51,810 bases of DNA from an uncultured Winogradskyella sp. (GTDB lineage Bacteria > Bacteroidota > Bacteroidia > Flavobacteriales > Flavobacteriaceae), in the NCBI RefSeq assembly GCF_905480385.1, contig NZ_CAJQQC010000136.1, one strand, 5' to 3'. The notes beneath the pieces were generated by a model. That model was not told the DNA's origin. It made no database searches and worked only from the letters and a program-made list of their open reading frames with translations. A program made the position numbers and the translations under genes. Positions within the stretch are counted from its first letter, which is position 1. Each line of letters starts with the position of its first letter. Below, piece after piece: positions 18,425 to 28,831 of the stretch.

Positions 18425-19864
18425 CTAAAAACTACAACTCTCAATCTCGGTAACTCTAAGTGTATTGACCATGCCTTTATCTTTAATGGGCATCGCTGCT
18501 AAGCTAATTAGCATATCACCAACATCGAGATAGCCTTTTTTACAAGCAATCGCATTTACATCTTCAATGGTTTCGTCTGTACTCACAAACTTATCGTAAT
18601 GAAATGCGGTTACTCCCCAAAGTAGACTTAAACGCGTTAATATACGCTTATTTGAGCTAAAGACAAGTATATGTGCCTTTGGCCGCCAAGCAGATATCTG
18701 AAAAGCGGTGTAACCACTATTAGTCAATGTAGAAATTGCTTTGGCATCGATCTCATTAGCCATTTTTGCAGCATGATAACATATCGCTTTTGTAATATAT
18801 CTGTTGGTACGAATATGTGGTGGTAATTGTGGCACTTCAATTAGTGGAGAATCCTCTACACTTTTGATGATATTAGCCATTTGTCTGATGACCTGAACTG
18901 GATATTTACCAACAGATGTTTCACCAGAAAGCATAACCGCATCAGCACCATCCATTACAGAATTGGCAACATCATTAACCTCTGCACGTGTTGGTGTTAA
19001 ACTTGTAATCATGGTTTCCATCATCTGGGTAGCAATAATCACAGGAATACGAGCGCGTTTGGCTCTTAGTACCAATTGTTTTTGTACTAATGGTACTTCT
19101 TCAGCTGGTATTTCGACACCCAAATCTCCACGAGCCACCATTAAACCGTCACAATACGCCACGATCTTATCGATATTGGCAACTGCTTCAGGTTTCTCAA
19201 TCTTAGCTATAATAGGAATTTTATATTCGGTATGTTCGCTGATTAATTGTTGCAGTTCCATTAAATCTTCGGCATTTCGCACAAAAGATAAAGCTAACCA
19301 ATCGACCTCCTGACCGATGGCAAAAATAGCATCTTCAATATCTTTTTCTGTTAATGCTGGTTGCGAGATATTGGTATTAGGAAGGTTAACTCCTTTTTTA
19401 GATTTTAAAGGTCCTCCTTGAATAACCTTAGCTTTAACTTCAGATTTTTTATCTGTAGACACCACTTCGAAAATTAGTTTTCCGTCATCTAAAAGAATAC
19501 GCTCACCAGGTTTTGCGTCTTGAGGAAACTTATCGTAAGTCATATAAACACGCTCTTTAGTGCCTTCAAAACGTTTTCCTGTAGCAAAAATAATTTCGTC
19601 ACCAGGGTTTACAACAACCTCTTCTTTCATCTTACCAACACGTAATTTTGGGCCTTGTAAATCTCCTAAAATAGCTGCGTTATATCCATACTCTTCATTG
19701 AGTTCACGGATGATTTTTATACGCTCTTTTACGCCATCGTAATCGGCATGAGAAAAGTTAATTCTAAAGACATTTGCGCCTTCGTCTAACATTTGTTTCA
19801 AAACTTTCTTGCTGCTTGTTGCTGGTCCAAGCGTTGCAACTATCTTCGTTTTCTTATTCTTCAT
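18425..19864 (-). CDS. pyk: Pyruvate kinase
   Basis: TKIVATLGPA, RINFSH, DLQGPK, IAKIE, MVARGDLGVE, MLSGET. Confidence 0.98.
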   Translation of the reverse strand: MKNKKTKIVATLGPATSSKKVLKQMLDEGANVFRINFSHADYDGVKERIKIIRELNEEYGYNAAILGDLQGPKLRVGKMKEEVVVNPGDEIIFATGKRFEGTKERVYMTYDKFPQDAKPGERILLDDGKLIFEVVSTDKKSEVKAKVIQGGPLKSKKGVNLPNTNISQPALTEKDIEDAIFAIGQEVDWLALSFVRNAEDLMELQQLISEHTEYKIPIIAKIEKPEAVANIDKIVAYCDGLMVARGDLGVEIPAEEVPLVQKQLVLRAKRARIPVIIATQMMETMITSLTPTRAEVNDVANSVMDGADAVMLSGETSVGKYPVQVIRQMANIIKSVEDSPLIEVPQLPPHIRTNRYITKAICYHAAKMANEIDAKAISTLTNSGYTAFQISAWRPKAHILVFSSNKRILTRLSLLWGVTAFHYDKFVSTDETIEDVNAIACKKGYLDVGDMLISLAAMPIKDKGMVNTLRVTEIESCSF

Positions 19865-19869
19865 TAATT

Positions 19870-20349
19870 CTAAAAAATTAAATGTTCTTTGGATTTTATT
19901 TTAGTCAAATCTACCGTATAACTGGTTATAATATGAGGAATACTTTGTAGTTTACTAATTATCAGCTTTTCATTAACCTGATGAGTATCATTGGTTATTT
20001 TAATAAAGTAATCAACTTGTTTTAATTCTGGTAATAGATTGTAAGTTTTAGTCACTTTTTTATCATCAATAAAAAGTACACCACTACTTGTTATACTTTC
20101 TTCTTCTTTTTTACAAATATTTGCAATAAGATTCCAGATGGTATCATTTGCTTCATTGTACCATTCATAAACCGAGTAAGACGAAGATGTATAATTAAGG
20201 TCTAAATCTTTTTCTTTTCTTTCTAGATTAATACCAAAATGTTTATTAATCACATACGCCAGACGGTAATCCTCTAATCTGCAATGCACGGCAATTAACA
20301 CGTAAGTGTCATCATAAAAATCGTCCACTAAAAGTTTATGCAATGCCAT
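19870..20349 (-). CDS. IPExxxVDY family protein
   Basis: LIAVHC.LEDYRLAY..N, LPELKQVDY; start reassigned to MALHKL at 20349. Confidence 0.85.
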   Translation of the reverse strand: MALHKLLVDDFYDDTYVLIAVHCRLEDYRLAYVINKHFGINLERKEKDLDLNYTSSSYSVYEWYNEANDTIWNLIANICKKEEESITSSGVLFIDDKKVTKTYNLLPELKQVDYFIKITNDTHQVNEKLIISKLQSIPHIITSYTVDLTKIKSKEHLIF

Positions 20350-20366
20350 ATTATCGTTTATAAACA

Positions 20367-20399
20367 CAAAGTAAATATAAGGCATAAAGATATGTCAAA
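20367..20399 (-). promoter_or_regulatory. Promoter of IPExxxVDY-pyk operon
   Basis: Minus strand TTTG-N21-TTACTTTG, Bacteroidota -33/-7 geometry with one mismatch. Confidence 0.6.
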
Positions 20400-20434
20400 C
20401 ATTAAGTTAATATAAAACTTAAGTATAACTATTT

Positions 20435-20450
20435 ACGAAAACGTTTGCGA
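20435..20450. promoter_or_regulatory. LacI/PurR-family operator-like palindrome
   Basis: ACGAAAACGTTTGCGA; central CG, 12 of 14 positions symmetric. Confidence 0.5.
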
Positions 20451-20472
20451 AAAATAACTTTATTTTAAAGAA

Positions 20473-21216
20473 CTAAGTGCGTTTAGTCATTTGTGTTTGA
20501 AATGCAAAAAAGGCACGTTTTGAAGCCTTTTCTTCGGCCTTCTTTTTTGAGGTAGCACGTCCTTTTGAAACTACTTTTTCATCTATACTAAGTTTCACTG
20601 AGAAATGCTTCAAAGAGTCATTTCCTGTATCTTCATAAACTTCGTAATTAAACGTTTTCTTTTCTTTTTGACACCATTCGATAAGCAAACTTTTGTAGCT
20701 AATGACCTTACCTTCAAGTTTACTAATATCTACATGGGGAAGTATAACATTTTTGTAGATAAACTTCTCGCAAGCTTTGTAACCTTTGTCCAAATAAATG
20801 GCTCCGACAAGCGATTCAAAAAGGTTACCATGAATATTATTACCGAAATTTTCTTTTGGTATTCTACTAGTGACTAAATCTATAAGTTTTAACTCTTTAC
20901 CAAGCTCATTTAAATGCTCACGACTGACCACTTTAGATCTCATCTTTGTAAGATAACCTTCATCTCCATGTGGCACTTCGCCATATAAATAAGAGGCAAT
21001 CACAGAACCTAGCATCGCATCACCTACAAACTCCAAACGTTCGTAATTGATTGGATTCCCTTTTTTGTCCTTGATATTCATAGAACGATGGGTAAATGCC
21101 TTTTGGTAAATAGATTTTTTTTTGGGCTTATAACCTAAAATCTGTTGAAGTTGTAAAAAAAAATTCCCGTCTTTATCAGAACGGGAATTTTTTAATATGT
21201 TACGAATGATACTCAT
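20473..21216 (-). CDS. rnc: Ribonuclease III
   Basis: AFTHRS, NYERLEFVGDA, FESLVGAIYLD, dsRBD SKKKAEE. Confidence 0.97.
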   Translation of the reverse strand: MSIIRNILKNSRSDKDGNFFLQLQQILGYKPKKKSIYQKAFTHRSMNIKDKKGNPINYERLEFVGDAMLGSVIASYLYGEVPHGDEGYLTKMRSKVVSREHLNELGKELKLIDLVTSRIPKENFGNNIHGNLFESLVGAIYLDKGYKACEKFIYKNVILPHVDISKLEGKVISYKSLLIEWCQKEKKTFNYEVYEDTGNDSLKHFSVKLSIDEKVVSKGRATSKKKAEEKASKRAFFAFQTQMTKRT

Positions 21217-21223
21217 TCGGGAT

Positions 21224-22474
21224 TTAATCTAGTTTTTTAAATAATACACAAGCGTTGTGTCCGCCAAATCCAAATGTATTACTCATTGCTACTTTAATAT
21301 CGCGTTTCTGCGCTTTATTGAGAGTTAAATTTAATTCTGGATCTATGTTTTCGTCAACCGTTTCATGATTGATTGTTGGCGGAATAATTCCGTGCTCGAT
21401 TGCTAATATTGAAGCAATAGCCTCAATAGCACCAGCAGCACCTAATAAATGCCCAGTCATAGATTTTGTAGAATTAATATTTATGGTTTTTGCGTGGCTT
21501 CCAAATACTTCAGATATAGCTTTTAGTTCCGCAACATCGCCAAGTGGTGTCGATGTTCCGTGTGTATTTATATGATCTACATCCTCAGGATTTAAACCTG
21601 CATTTTCTAAACAATGTTTCATAACTGCAATAACACCTATTCCGTCTGGATGTGGTGCTGTCATATGATAAGCATCTGATGATAAGCCACCACCTACTAC
21701 CTCTGCATATATTTTTGCACCTCTAGCTTTTGCATGATCATAATCCTCTAAAACAATCGCACCTGATCCCTCACCTAACACAAAACCATCACGGTTAGCG
21801 TCAAAAGGTCTTGAGGCTGTTTCTGGGCTCTCGTTTCGAGTACTCATGGCATGCATAGCATTAAAACCACCCATACCAGCAATGGTAACAGCAGCTTCAC
21901 TTCCTCCCGTAATTACAACATCACAATATCCTAAACGTATATTATTTAGGGCATCAATCATCGAATTTGCAGAAGATGCACAAGCAGACACCGTTGTATA
22001 GTTAGGTCCCATAAATCCGTGTTTTATGGAAATGTTCCCTGGCGCTATATCGGCAATCATTTTTGGAATGAAACGTGGGTTAAATCTTGGTGTCCCATCA
22101 CCTTTTGCATAATTTAACACTTCTTCTTGAAATGTTTCTAAGCCTCCGATTCCGGCACCCCAAATTACACCTACTCTATATTTGTTTAATGCATCTAAGT
22201 CTAGGTTTGCGTCTGCAATCGCTTCGTCAGAAGCTACCATTGCATATTGCGAAAACTTATCCATTTGACGCGCTAACTTTCTATCAATAAAGTCAGTAAC
22301 TTCAAAGTTTTTTACTTCACAAGCAAACTGCGTTTTGAACTTTTCAGCATCAAAATGTGTGACAGGTGCAGCGCCACTTTTTCCACTAACAAGGGCATCC
22401 CAATATTCATCTTTGGTATTGCCAATGGGTGTAAGTGCACCTAAACCGGTAACTACAACTCGCTTTAATTCCAT
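21224..22474 (-). CDS. fabF: Beta-ketoacyl-ACP synthase II
   Basis: RVVVTGLG, SACASS, HGTSTPLGD, TGHLLGAAG, FGFGGHN. Confidence 0.97.
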   Translation of the reverse strand: MELKRVVVTGLGALTPIGNTKDEYWDALVSGKSGAAPVTHFDAEKFKTQFACEVKNFEVTDFIDRKLARQMDKFSQYAMVASDEAIADANLDLDALNKYRVGVIWGAGIGGLETFQEEVLNYAKGDGTPRFNPRFIPKMIADIAPGNISIKHGFMGPNYTTVSACASSANSMIDALNNIRLGYCDVVITGGSEAAVTIAGMGGFNAMHAMSTRNESPETASRPFDANRDGFVLGEGSGAIVLEDYDHAKARGAKIYAEVVGGGLSSDAYHMTAPHPDGIGVIAVMKHCLENAGLNPEDVDHINTHGTSTPLGDVAELKAISEVFGSHAKTININSTKSMTGHLLGAAGAIEAIASILAIEHGIIPPTINHETVDENIDPELNLTLNKAQKRDIKVAMSNTFGFGGHNACVLFKKLD

Positions 22475-22486
22475 AAAATTAACTTC

Positions 22487-22720
22487 TTATTTTGCTTCTT
22501 CTATATAAGAGACAGCTTGACCAACTGTTGCAATGTTTTCAGCTTGATCGTCTGGTATTTGAATATCGAATTCTTTTTCGAATTCCATGATTAACTCTAC
22601 TGTATCCAATGAGTCTGCTCCTAAATCGTTAGTAAAGCTAGCTTCGGTTACAACTTCGTTTTCATCAACACCTAATTTGTCTACGATAATCGCTTTTACT
22701 CTTGATGCAATGTCTGACAT
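22487..22720 (-). CDS. acpP: Acyl carrier protein
   Basis: [12 protein letters not shown]; TATTTTTG on the minus strand at 22752-22759. Confidence 0.98.
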   Translation of the reverse strand: MSDIASRVKAIIVDKLGVDENEVVTEASFTNDLGADSLDTVELIMEFEKEFDIQIPDDQAENIATVGQAVSYIEEAK

Positions 22721-22900
22721 AATTTTTTAGTTTTAAGTTTTAATTAGAGGGCAAAAATAAAAAACTTTATTTTAAAACATACATTTACCTAATAAATGTG
22801 ACATATATAGATAAAAATAGAAATAAGTATTTGGTTTTTGAGCCTAATTGTAAATTATTATTCTTTTTTTTGTTTGAATAACTAACGTGATTACTAGATT

Positions 22901-23467
22901 ATGAAGCGTATTGTAATTTTTGCGTCCGGCTCTGGAAGTAATGCTGAAAATTTGATAAAGTTTTTTCAAGACAGTGACCATGCGTCAGTTATTCAAATAT
23001 TTTGTAACAATCCCCATGCCAAAGTGTTAGACCGTGCCAAACGTCTTGGCGTATCAGCATTATCTTTTAATAGAGTTGCTTTTACAAAAACTGACGATGT
23101 CCTTGATATACTTAAAGCAACAGAGCCTGATTTAATTGTTTTGGCTGGTTTTTTATGGAAATTCCCTGAACATATTTTAAAATGTTTTGAAAATAAAGTC
23201 ATTAATATCCATCCGGCACTTTTACCAAAGTACGGCGGAAAAGGCATGTACGGAATGAATGTTCACAACGCTATTATCCAAAATAATGAATCAGAGACTG
23301 GCATAACCATCCATTATGTAAACGAAAATTATGATGAAGGTGCTATTATTTTTCAAGTAACATGTCAAGTTTCAAAACAAGATACAGCTGAAGACGTCGC
23401 TGCAAAAATTCATAAATTAGAAATGGAGTATTTTCCTAAAGTAGTTGAACAGCTTTTAAATGAGTAA
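22901..23467 (+). CDS. purN: Phosphoribosylglycinamide formyltransferase
   Basis: SGSGSN, INIHPALLP, GITIHYV, DEG. Confidence 0.95.
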   Translation: MKRIVIFASGSGSNAENLIKFFQDSDHASVIQIFCNNPHAKVLDRAKRLGVSALSFNRVAFTKTDDVLDILKATEPDLIVLAGFLWKFPEHILKCFENKVINIHPALLPKYGGKGMYGMNVHNAIIQNNESETGITIHYVNENYDEGAIIFQVTCQVSKQDTAEDVAAKIHKLEMEYFPKVVEQLLNE

Positions 23468-24101
23468 AAAAAAGAAAAAATACTACACCGTTTGGAAAGG
23501 CCATCACCCCGGTATTTTTGAAACTTGGGATGATTGTAAAACCCAAATCAAAAACTTTGAAGGTGCGCAGTATAAATCTTTTACAACATTTGAAGCCGCT
23601 AAAAAAGCACTAAAAGGAAACTACAAAGATTACATTGATAAATCAAAAACATATCAAAGTGATTTGTCTGAAGCACAACTCAAAAAAATAGGGAAACCTA
23701 ATTATAATTCTATTTCAGTGGATGCAGCATCAAGTGGTAATCCAGGAAAAATGGAATATCGCGGTGTTGATACCAAAACGAAAAAACAACTTTTTATACA
23801 AGGCCCATTTGAAGAGGGTACCAATAATATTGGCGAGTTCCTTGCATTAGTTCACGGTTTGGCGTTTTTGAAAAAACAAAATAGCGACCGAATTATGTAC
23901 ACCGATTCTCGTACCGCGATGAGTTGGGTCCGCAAAAAAACATGTAATACAAAACTAAAACGCAACGAAAAGAACATACCTGTTTTTGATTTGGTTGACC
24001 GCGCCATCAAATGGCTAGAAACTAACAGTTACAAAACCACAATCGTTAAATGGGAAACCAAAGCTTGGGGAGAAATTCCTGCGGATTTTGGGAGAAAATA
24101 A
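23460..24101 (+). CDS. rnhA: Ribonuclease HI with N-terminal hybrid-binding (viroplasmin-like) domain
   Basis: YYTVWKG..PGIF..W..C; DAASSGNPG, TNNIGEF, YTDS, WGEIPADFGRK. Confidence 0.92.
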   Translation: MSKKKKKYYTVWKGHHPGIFETWDDCKTQIKNFEGAQYKSFTTFEAAKKALKGNYKDYIDKSKTYQSDLSEAQLKKIGKPNYNSISVDAASSGNPGKMEYRGVDTKTKKQLFIQGPFEEGTNNIGEFLALVHGLAFLKKQNSDRIMYTDSRTAMSWVRKKTCNTKLKRNEKNIPVFDLVDRAIKWLETNSYKTTIVKWETKAWGEIPADFGRK

Positions 24102-24108
24102 AATTGAT

Positions 24109-25557
24109 ATGACTAATACTATTTATGACGTTATAATAATTGGCGCAGGGCTTTCAGGTATTGGAGCAGCATGCCATTTAACTCGCAAAAATCCCGAAAA
24201 ATCTTATGTAATATTAGAATCTAGAGAATCACTTGGTGGTACTTGGGACTTGTTTAAATATCCAGGTGTAAGGTCTGATTCTGATATGTATACTTTTGGA
24301 TACTCATTTAAAACTTGGGACGACGCCAAATCGTTTGCTGATGCACCTTCAATATTAAAATACCTCAACGAAGCTTCCAAAGAATATAATGTTGTTGACA
24401 AGATAACTTATAATCAGCGTGCTATTTCTTATGCATTTGATTCTAAAGAAAATCTATGGCATATAACATCTGTTAACACAAAGACTAATCAAAAACATAC
24501 TTACGCTGCAAATTTTATTTTTAATTGTAGCGGATACTATAGTTATGAAAAGGGATATACACCTGATTATAATGGACTTGATGATTATGAAGGTACTTTT
24601 GTTCATCCACAAAAATGGCCTTCAACATTAGAATTAAAAAACAAAGATGTAATCGTTATTGGTAGTGGTGCAACAGCGGTTACAATTGTGCCGAAAATTG
24701 CTGATACCGTGAGTCATGTCACCATGCTTCAAAGGTCACCAACTTATGTAGGAGCACTGCCTAATAAAGATGTACTTGCAAAATTCTTTAAGCTTACATT
24801 TCCCAAAAAAAATGCCCACAAAATTATTAGAACAAAGAATGTGCTATTAGATATGGTTTTTTTTAACGCTTGTCGGAAATGGCCAAATACTATGAAAAAG
24901 TACATCGTTAAAAAAGCCCAGAAAGAACTTGGTGATGTGCCGGTTCATCCACATTTTATTCCAAATTATAATCCATGGGAGCAACGCTTTTGTTTAGCAC
25001 CAGATGGTGATTTATTTAAATCTATTAGAGAAGGTAAAGCCTCTGTCGAAACAGCCAAAATTGTATGTTTTAATAAGACTGGAATTGTTTTAGAATCTGG
25101 AAAAGAACTTGCCGCAGACATAATCGTAAGTGCTACAGGACTTAGAATTTTGCCTCTTGGAGGAGTTAGCATATCTATTAATAAAAAACCTGTTGATATT
25201 TCAAAACTCTTTGTTTACAAAGGCTGTATGTTAAGTGACATTCCTAATTTATTCCTATTTGTTGGATACACAAATGCATCTTGGACTTTAAAAAGCGATT
25301 TGACTAGCGAATATATTTCTAGAGTTCTCAGGTATATGGATAAATCTAATTTTAAATCTATTTGTCCAAAAACTAAAAATTCTAATCTCAAACCTACACC
25401 ATTACTAAATTTAAATTCTGGTTATATTCATAGAGCTCAAAAAACACTTCCAAATCAAGGCGATAAAGCACCATGGCGAGTTTATCAGAATTATATTTTA
25501 GATTATAAAATGTTAAGAATTGATAAAATAAAAGATGCTTTTGCCACATTCAATTAA
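24109..25557 (+). CDS. Flavin-containing Baeyer-Villiger-type monooxygenase (EthA-like)
   Basis: GAGLSG, GGTWDLFKYPG.RSDS, YxGxxxHxxxW (YEGTFVHPQKW), GSGATA, QRSP, ATG motif, GYTNASWT. Confidence 0.9.
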   Translation: MTNTIYDVIIIGAGLSGIGAACHLTRKNPEKSYVILESRESLGGTWDLFKYPGVRSDSDMYTFGYSFKTWDDAKSFADAPSILKYLNEASKEYNVVDKITYNQRAISYAFDSKENLWHITSVNTKTNQKHTYAANFIFNCSGYYSYEKGYTPDYNGLDDYEGTFVHPQKWPSTLELKNKDVIVIGSGATAVTIVPKIADTVSHVTMLQRSPTYVGALPNKDVLAKFFKLTFPKKNAHKIIRTKNVLLDMVFFNACRKWPNTMKKYIVKKAQKELGDVPVHPHFIPNYNPWEQRFCLAPDGDLFKSIREGKASVETAKIVCFNKTGIVLESGKELAADIIVSATGLRILPLGGVSISINKKPVDISKLFVYKGCMLSDIPNLFLFVGYTNASWTLKSDLTSEYISRVLRYMDKSNFKSICPKTKNSNLKPTPLLNLNSGYIHRAQKTLPNQGDKAPWRVYQNYILDYKMLRIDKIKDAFATFN

Positions 25558-25626
25558 TGAAGACAGTATTAGTTTTTAAAGGAATAAATTTTACTTAGAT
25601 TTGCACTTTAATTCAAACTTACTTTA

Positions 25627-26556
25627 ATGAGTAAATTAGTTATTGTTGGTACTGTAGCTTTTGATGCTATTGAAACACCTTTTGGTAAAACCGACAAAAT
25701 TTTAGGCGGAGCAGCAACTTATATTGGTTTTTCTGCGGCTAATTTTGATAATGTAGATGCCGCAGCAGTCTCTGTTGTTGGTGGTGATTTCCCACAAGAA
25801 TATCTTGACCTTTTAACGGATAGAAATGTAAATATTGATGGTATAGAAATTGTTAAGGACGGTAAGACCTTCTTTTGGAGTGGCAGATACCATAATGACA
25901 TGAATTCTCGTGACACCTTAGCGACTGAACTTAATGTCTTAGAAACATTTACACCTGTTGTTCCAAAGGATTACCAAAATGCGGATATTGTTATGCTTGG
26001 CAACTTACATCCATTAACACAACAAAGTGTATTAGACCAAATGTCCAAAAAGCCTAAGTTAGCTATTTTGGATACTATGAATTTTTGGATGGATATTGCT
26101 ATGGACGATTTAAAAGCTGTTCTTAAAAATGTAGATGTTATCACAATTAATGACGAAGAAGCAAGACAATTATCTGGAGAATATTCTTTAGTCAATGCAG
26201 CCAAAAAAATCTATACCATGGGACCAAAATATGTTGTTATCAAAAAAGGTGAACATGGCGCTTTGTTATTTCATGAAGACAACATGTTTTATGCACCAGC
26301 ATTACCATTAGCAGAAGTATTTGACCCAACAGGTGCAGGAGATACATTTGCAGGTGGTTTTTCGGGTTACTTGGCAAAAACAGGAAATATCTCTTTTGAG
26401 AATATGAAAAAAGCAGTCATATATGGTTCGGCATTAGCTTCGTTTTGTGTAGAGAAGTTTGGTACGGAACGTATGTTAACTTTGACCGATAGTGAAGTAT
26501 ACGAACGCTTACAACAATTTAAAGATTTGACACAATTCGATATAGAATTATCATAA
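25627..26556 (+). CDS. PfkB family carbohydrate/nucleoside kinase
   Basis: LGGAA, NDEEA, KKGEHGA, DPTGAGDTFAGG; TAGATTTG at 25596-25603. Confidence 0.92.
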   Translation: MSKLVIVGTVAFDAIETPFGKTDKILGGAATYIGFSAANFDNVDAAAVSVVGGDFPQEYLDLLTDRNVNIDGIEIVKDGKTFFWSGRYHNDMNSRDTLATELNVLETFTPVVPKDYQNADIVMLGNLHPLTQQSVLDQMSKKPKLAILDTMNFWMDIAMDDLKAVLKNVDVITINDEEARQLSGEYSLVNAAKKIYTMGPKYVVIKKGEHGALLFHEDNMFYAPALPLAEVFDPTGAGDTFAGGFSGYLAKTGNISFENMKKAVIYGSALASFCVEKFGTERMLTLTDSEVYERLQQFKDLTQFDIELS

Positions 26557-26561
26557 ATACT

Positions 26562-26588
26562 AACGCGCCAAAATTTGGCGCGTTTTTT
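26562..26588 (+). terminator. Intrinsic terminator after PfkB gene
   Basis: AACGCGCCAAA/TTTGGCGCGTT plus T-run. Confidence 0.85.
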
Positions 26589-26638
26589 AATTCATTATTT
26601 TTGAATACTCAACAACACAACAAACTCTCACAGCTATA

Positions 26639-28537
26639 ATGAGTGATGCCTTAAAACACGAATGCGGAATTGCTTTAATTAGGTTAAAGAAGCCTTTAGA
26701 ATTTTATAAAGAAAAATATGGTAGTGCATTTTACGGGGTAAACAAAATGTATCTCATGATGGAAAAGCAGCACAACCGTGGTCAAGATGGTGCTGGTTTT
26801 GCGAGTATAAAATTAGATACACAACCTGGTGAGCGTTATATAAGTCGTGTACGTTCAATTGCACAGCAGCCTATACAAGATATTTTTGCCCAGATTAATG
26901 AGCGTATTAATGATGACCTAACTAAACATCCAGAATACCAAAATGATGTTGCTGAACAAAAAAAGCATATCCCTTACATCGGTGAGTTGCTTTTAGGACA
27001 TGTGCGCTATGGTACTTTTGGAAAAAATAGTGTTGAAAGTGTTCATCCATTTCTAAGACAGAATAACTGGATGCATAGAAACCTAATTGTTGCTGGTAAC
27101 TTTAATATGACTAATGTTACTGAGCTTTTTGATAATTTGGTTCAAATTGGTCAACACCCAAAAGAAAAGGCTGATACAATAACTATTATGGAAAAAATCG
27201 GTCATTTTTTAGATGATGCGGTTTCAAAAATTTATAAAAATCTTAAAAAAGAAGGGTATAACAAAGTTGAATGTTCGCCATTAATTGCAGAACGTCTTAA
27301 CGTCGCTAAAATACTAAGAAAAGCGGCAAAAAATTGGGACGGCGGTTATGCTATGGCAGGCTTATTAGGACATGGAGATAGTTTTGTGCTACGTGACCCA
27401 GCAGGTATACGTCCAGCTTATTATTACGAAGATGATGAAGTTGTCGTAGTAGCCTCAGAACGCCCAGTAATCCAGACGGTATTTAATGTAAATTTTGATG
27501 ATGTTAAAGAGCTTGAACCAGGTCACGCTATAATCACCAAAAAATCTGGCGAAACATCTATCAAACAAATTTTAGAGCCTTTAGAACGAAAAGCTTGTTC
27601 TTTTGAGCGTATTTATTTTTCTCGAGGAAGTGATGCCGAAATCTATGAAGAACGAAAAGAATTGGGGCGTTTATTAATGCCTAAAGTACTGGAAGCTATT
27701 GAAGGTGATACAAAAAATTCGGTTTTCTCTTTTATCCCTAATACTGCTGAAACGTCATTCTTTGGAATGATTGATACCGTTGAGGAGCACTTAAATCAAC
27801 GTAAAACTCAAGCTATTTTAGATGGTGGAGGTAAGCTGTCAGCTTCTAAAGTCACTGAGATACTATCAGAACGGCCTCGCATAGAAAAAATAGCCATTAA
27901 AGATGTAAAGCTTAGAACTTTTATTACCGAAGATAGCAGTCGTGATGACTTAGTCGCTCATGTTTATGATGTAACTTATGGTGTTATAAAACCAACAGAT
28001 AACTTGGTAATAATCGACGATAGTATTGTTAGAGGAACTACGCTAAAAAAGAGTATTATTAAAATGATGGATAGGCTACAACCAAAGAAGATTGTCGTTG
28101 TTTCCTCTGCACCGCAGATTAGATATCCTGATTGTTATGGTATTGATATGGCAAACTTGGAGGGTCTTGTAGCTTTTAGAGCGGCATTAGCACTTTTAAA
28201 AGACACAAATAATTACGATATCGTTGAAAAAGTTTATTATAAATGTAAAGCGCAAGTAGAGTTAAAAGATAAAAATGTCAAAAATTTTGTCAAGGAGATT
28301 TATGACAACTTTTCTGATGAACAAATTTCTGATAAAATCTCAGAACTATTAAGTGATGAAGATGTTAATGCCGAAGTAAAAATCATCTTTCAACCTGTGG
28401 AGAATTTACACAAAGCCTGTCCTAAAAACTTAGGTGATTGGTATTTTACAGGCGATTATCCAACAGCTGGTGGTAACCGTGTTGTTAACAGAGCATTTAT
28501 AAATTTCTTTGAAGGCAACAAAGAACGCGCCTATTAG
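26639..28537 (+). CDS. purF: Amidophosphoribosyltransferase
   Basis: Short propeptide then HE-CG, QHNRGQDG, GHVRYGT, PRPP site IIDDSIVRGTT, YGIDM. Confidence 0.9.
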   Translation: MSDALKHECGIALIRLKKPLEFYKEKYGSAFYGVNKMYLMMEKQHNRGQDGAGFASIKLDTQPGERYISRVRSIAQQPIQDIFAQINERINDDLTKHPEYQNDVAEQKKHIPYIGELLLGHVRYGTFGKNSVESVHPFLRQNNWMHRNLIVAGNFNMTNVTELFDNLVQIGQHPKEKADTITIMEKIGHFLDDAVSKIYKNLKKEGYNKVECSPLIAERLNVAKILRKAAKNWDGGYAMAGLLGHGDSFVLRDPAGIRPAYYYEDDEVVVVASERPVIQTVFNVNFDDVKELEPGHAIITKKSGETSIKQILEPLERKACSFERIYFSRGSDAEIYEERKELGRLLMPKVLEAIEGDTKNSVFSFIPNTAETSFFGMIDTVEEHLNQRKTQAILDGGGKLSASKVTEILSERPRIEKIAIKDVKLRTFITEDSSRDDLVAHVYDVTYGVIKPTDNLVIIDDSIVRGTTLKKSIIKMMDRLQPKKIVVVSSAPQIRYPDCYGIDMANLEGLVAFRAALALLKDTNNYDIVEKVYYKCKAQVELKDKNVKNFVKEIYDNFSDEQISDKISELLSDEDVNAEVKIIFQPVENLHKACPKNLGDWYFTGDYPTAGGNRVVNRAFINFFEGNKERAY

Positions 28538-28632
28538 ATATTCCTATTAGGTTGTTTTTTATTTATATGGCTGATATAACTACCATTATTTAAAAAATAA
28601 TATGATTGTGATGTATACTTGTATGTTAGCAT

Positions 28633-28704
28633 CACAATAATATAATTAGGTTACGTCTATGGTAGATTTGGGGTGAAAAAGGACGATTAGTATCGCCCTT
28701 TTTT
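28633..28704 (+). ncRNA. Candidate sRNA, copy 1 of tandem paralog pair
   Basis: Aligns with 28832-28903; TATGTTAG at 28622-28629; terminator AAAAAGGACGA-N6-TCGCCCTTTTTT. Confidence 0.6.
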
Positions 28705-28831
28705 ATTGACATAACTTTATAAAGGTCTTGTTTACAGACATATACTCAAAAAATCCATCGTTTAGACCGATATTTAAGCGTTTCGTCTAGGTTTTGTGCC
28801 TTTATTGCTAGGCTTGATATATATTTGCTTT

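Noticed and set aside
28663-28670. TAGATTTG inside each repeat core as a promoter (matches TAnnTTTG)
   Set aside because: Immediately followed by a terminator hairpin with no downstream gene; better explained as part of the RNA, though not formally excluded
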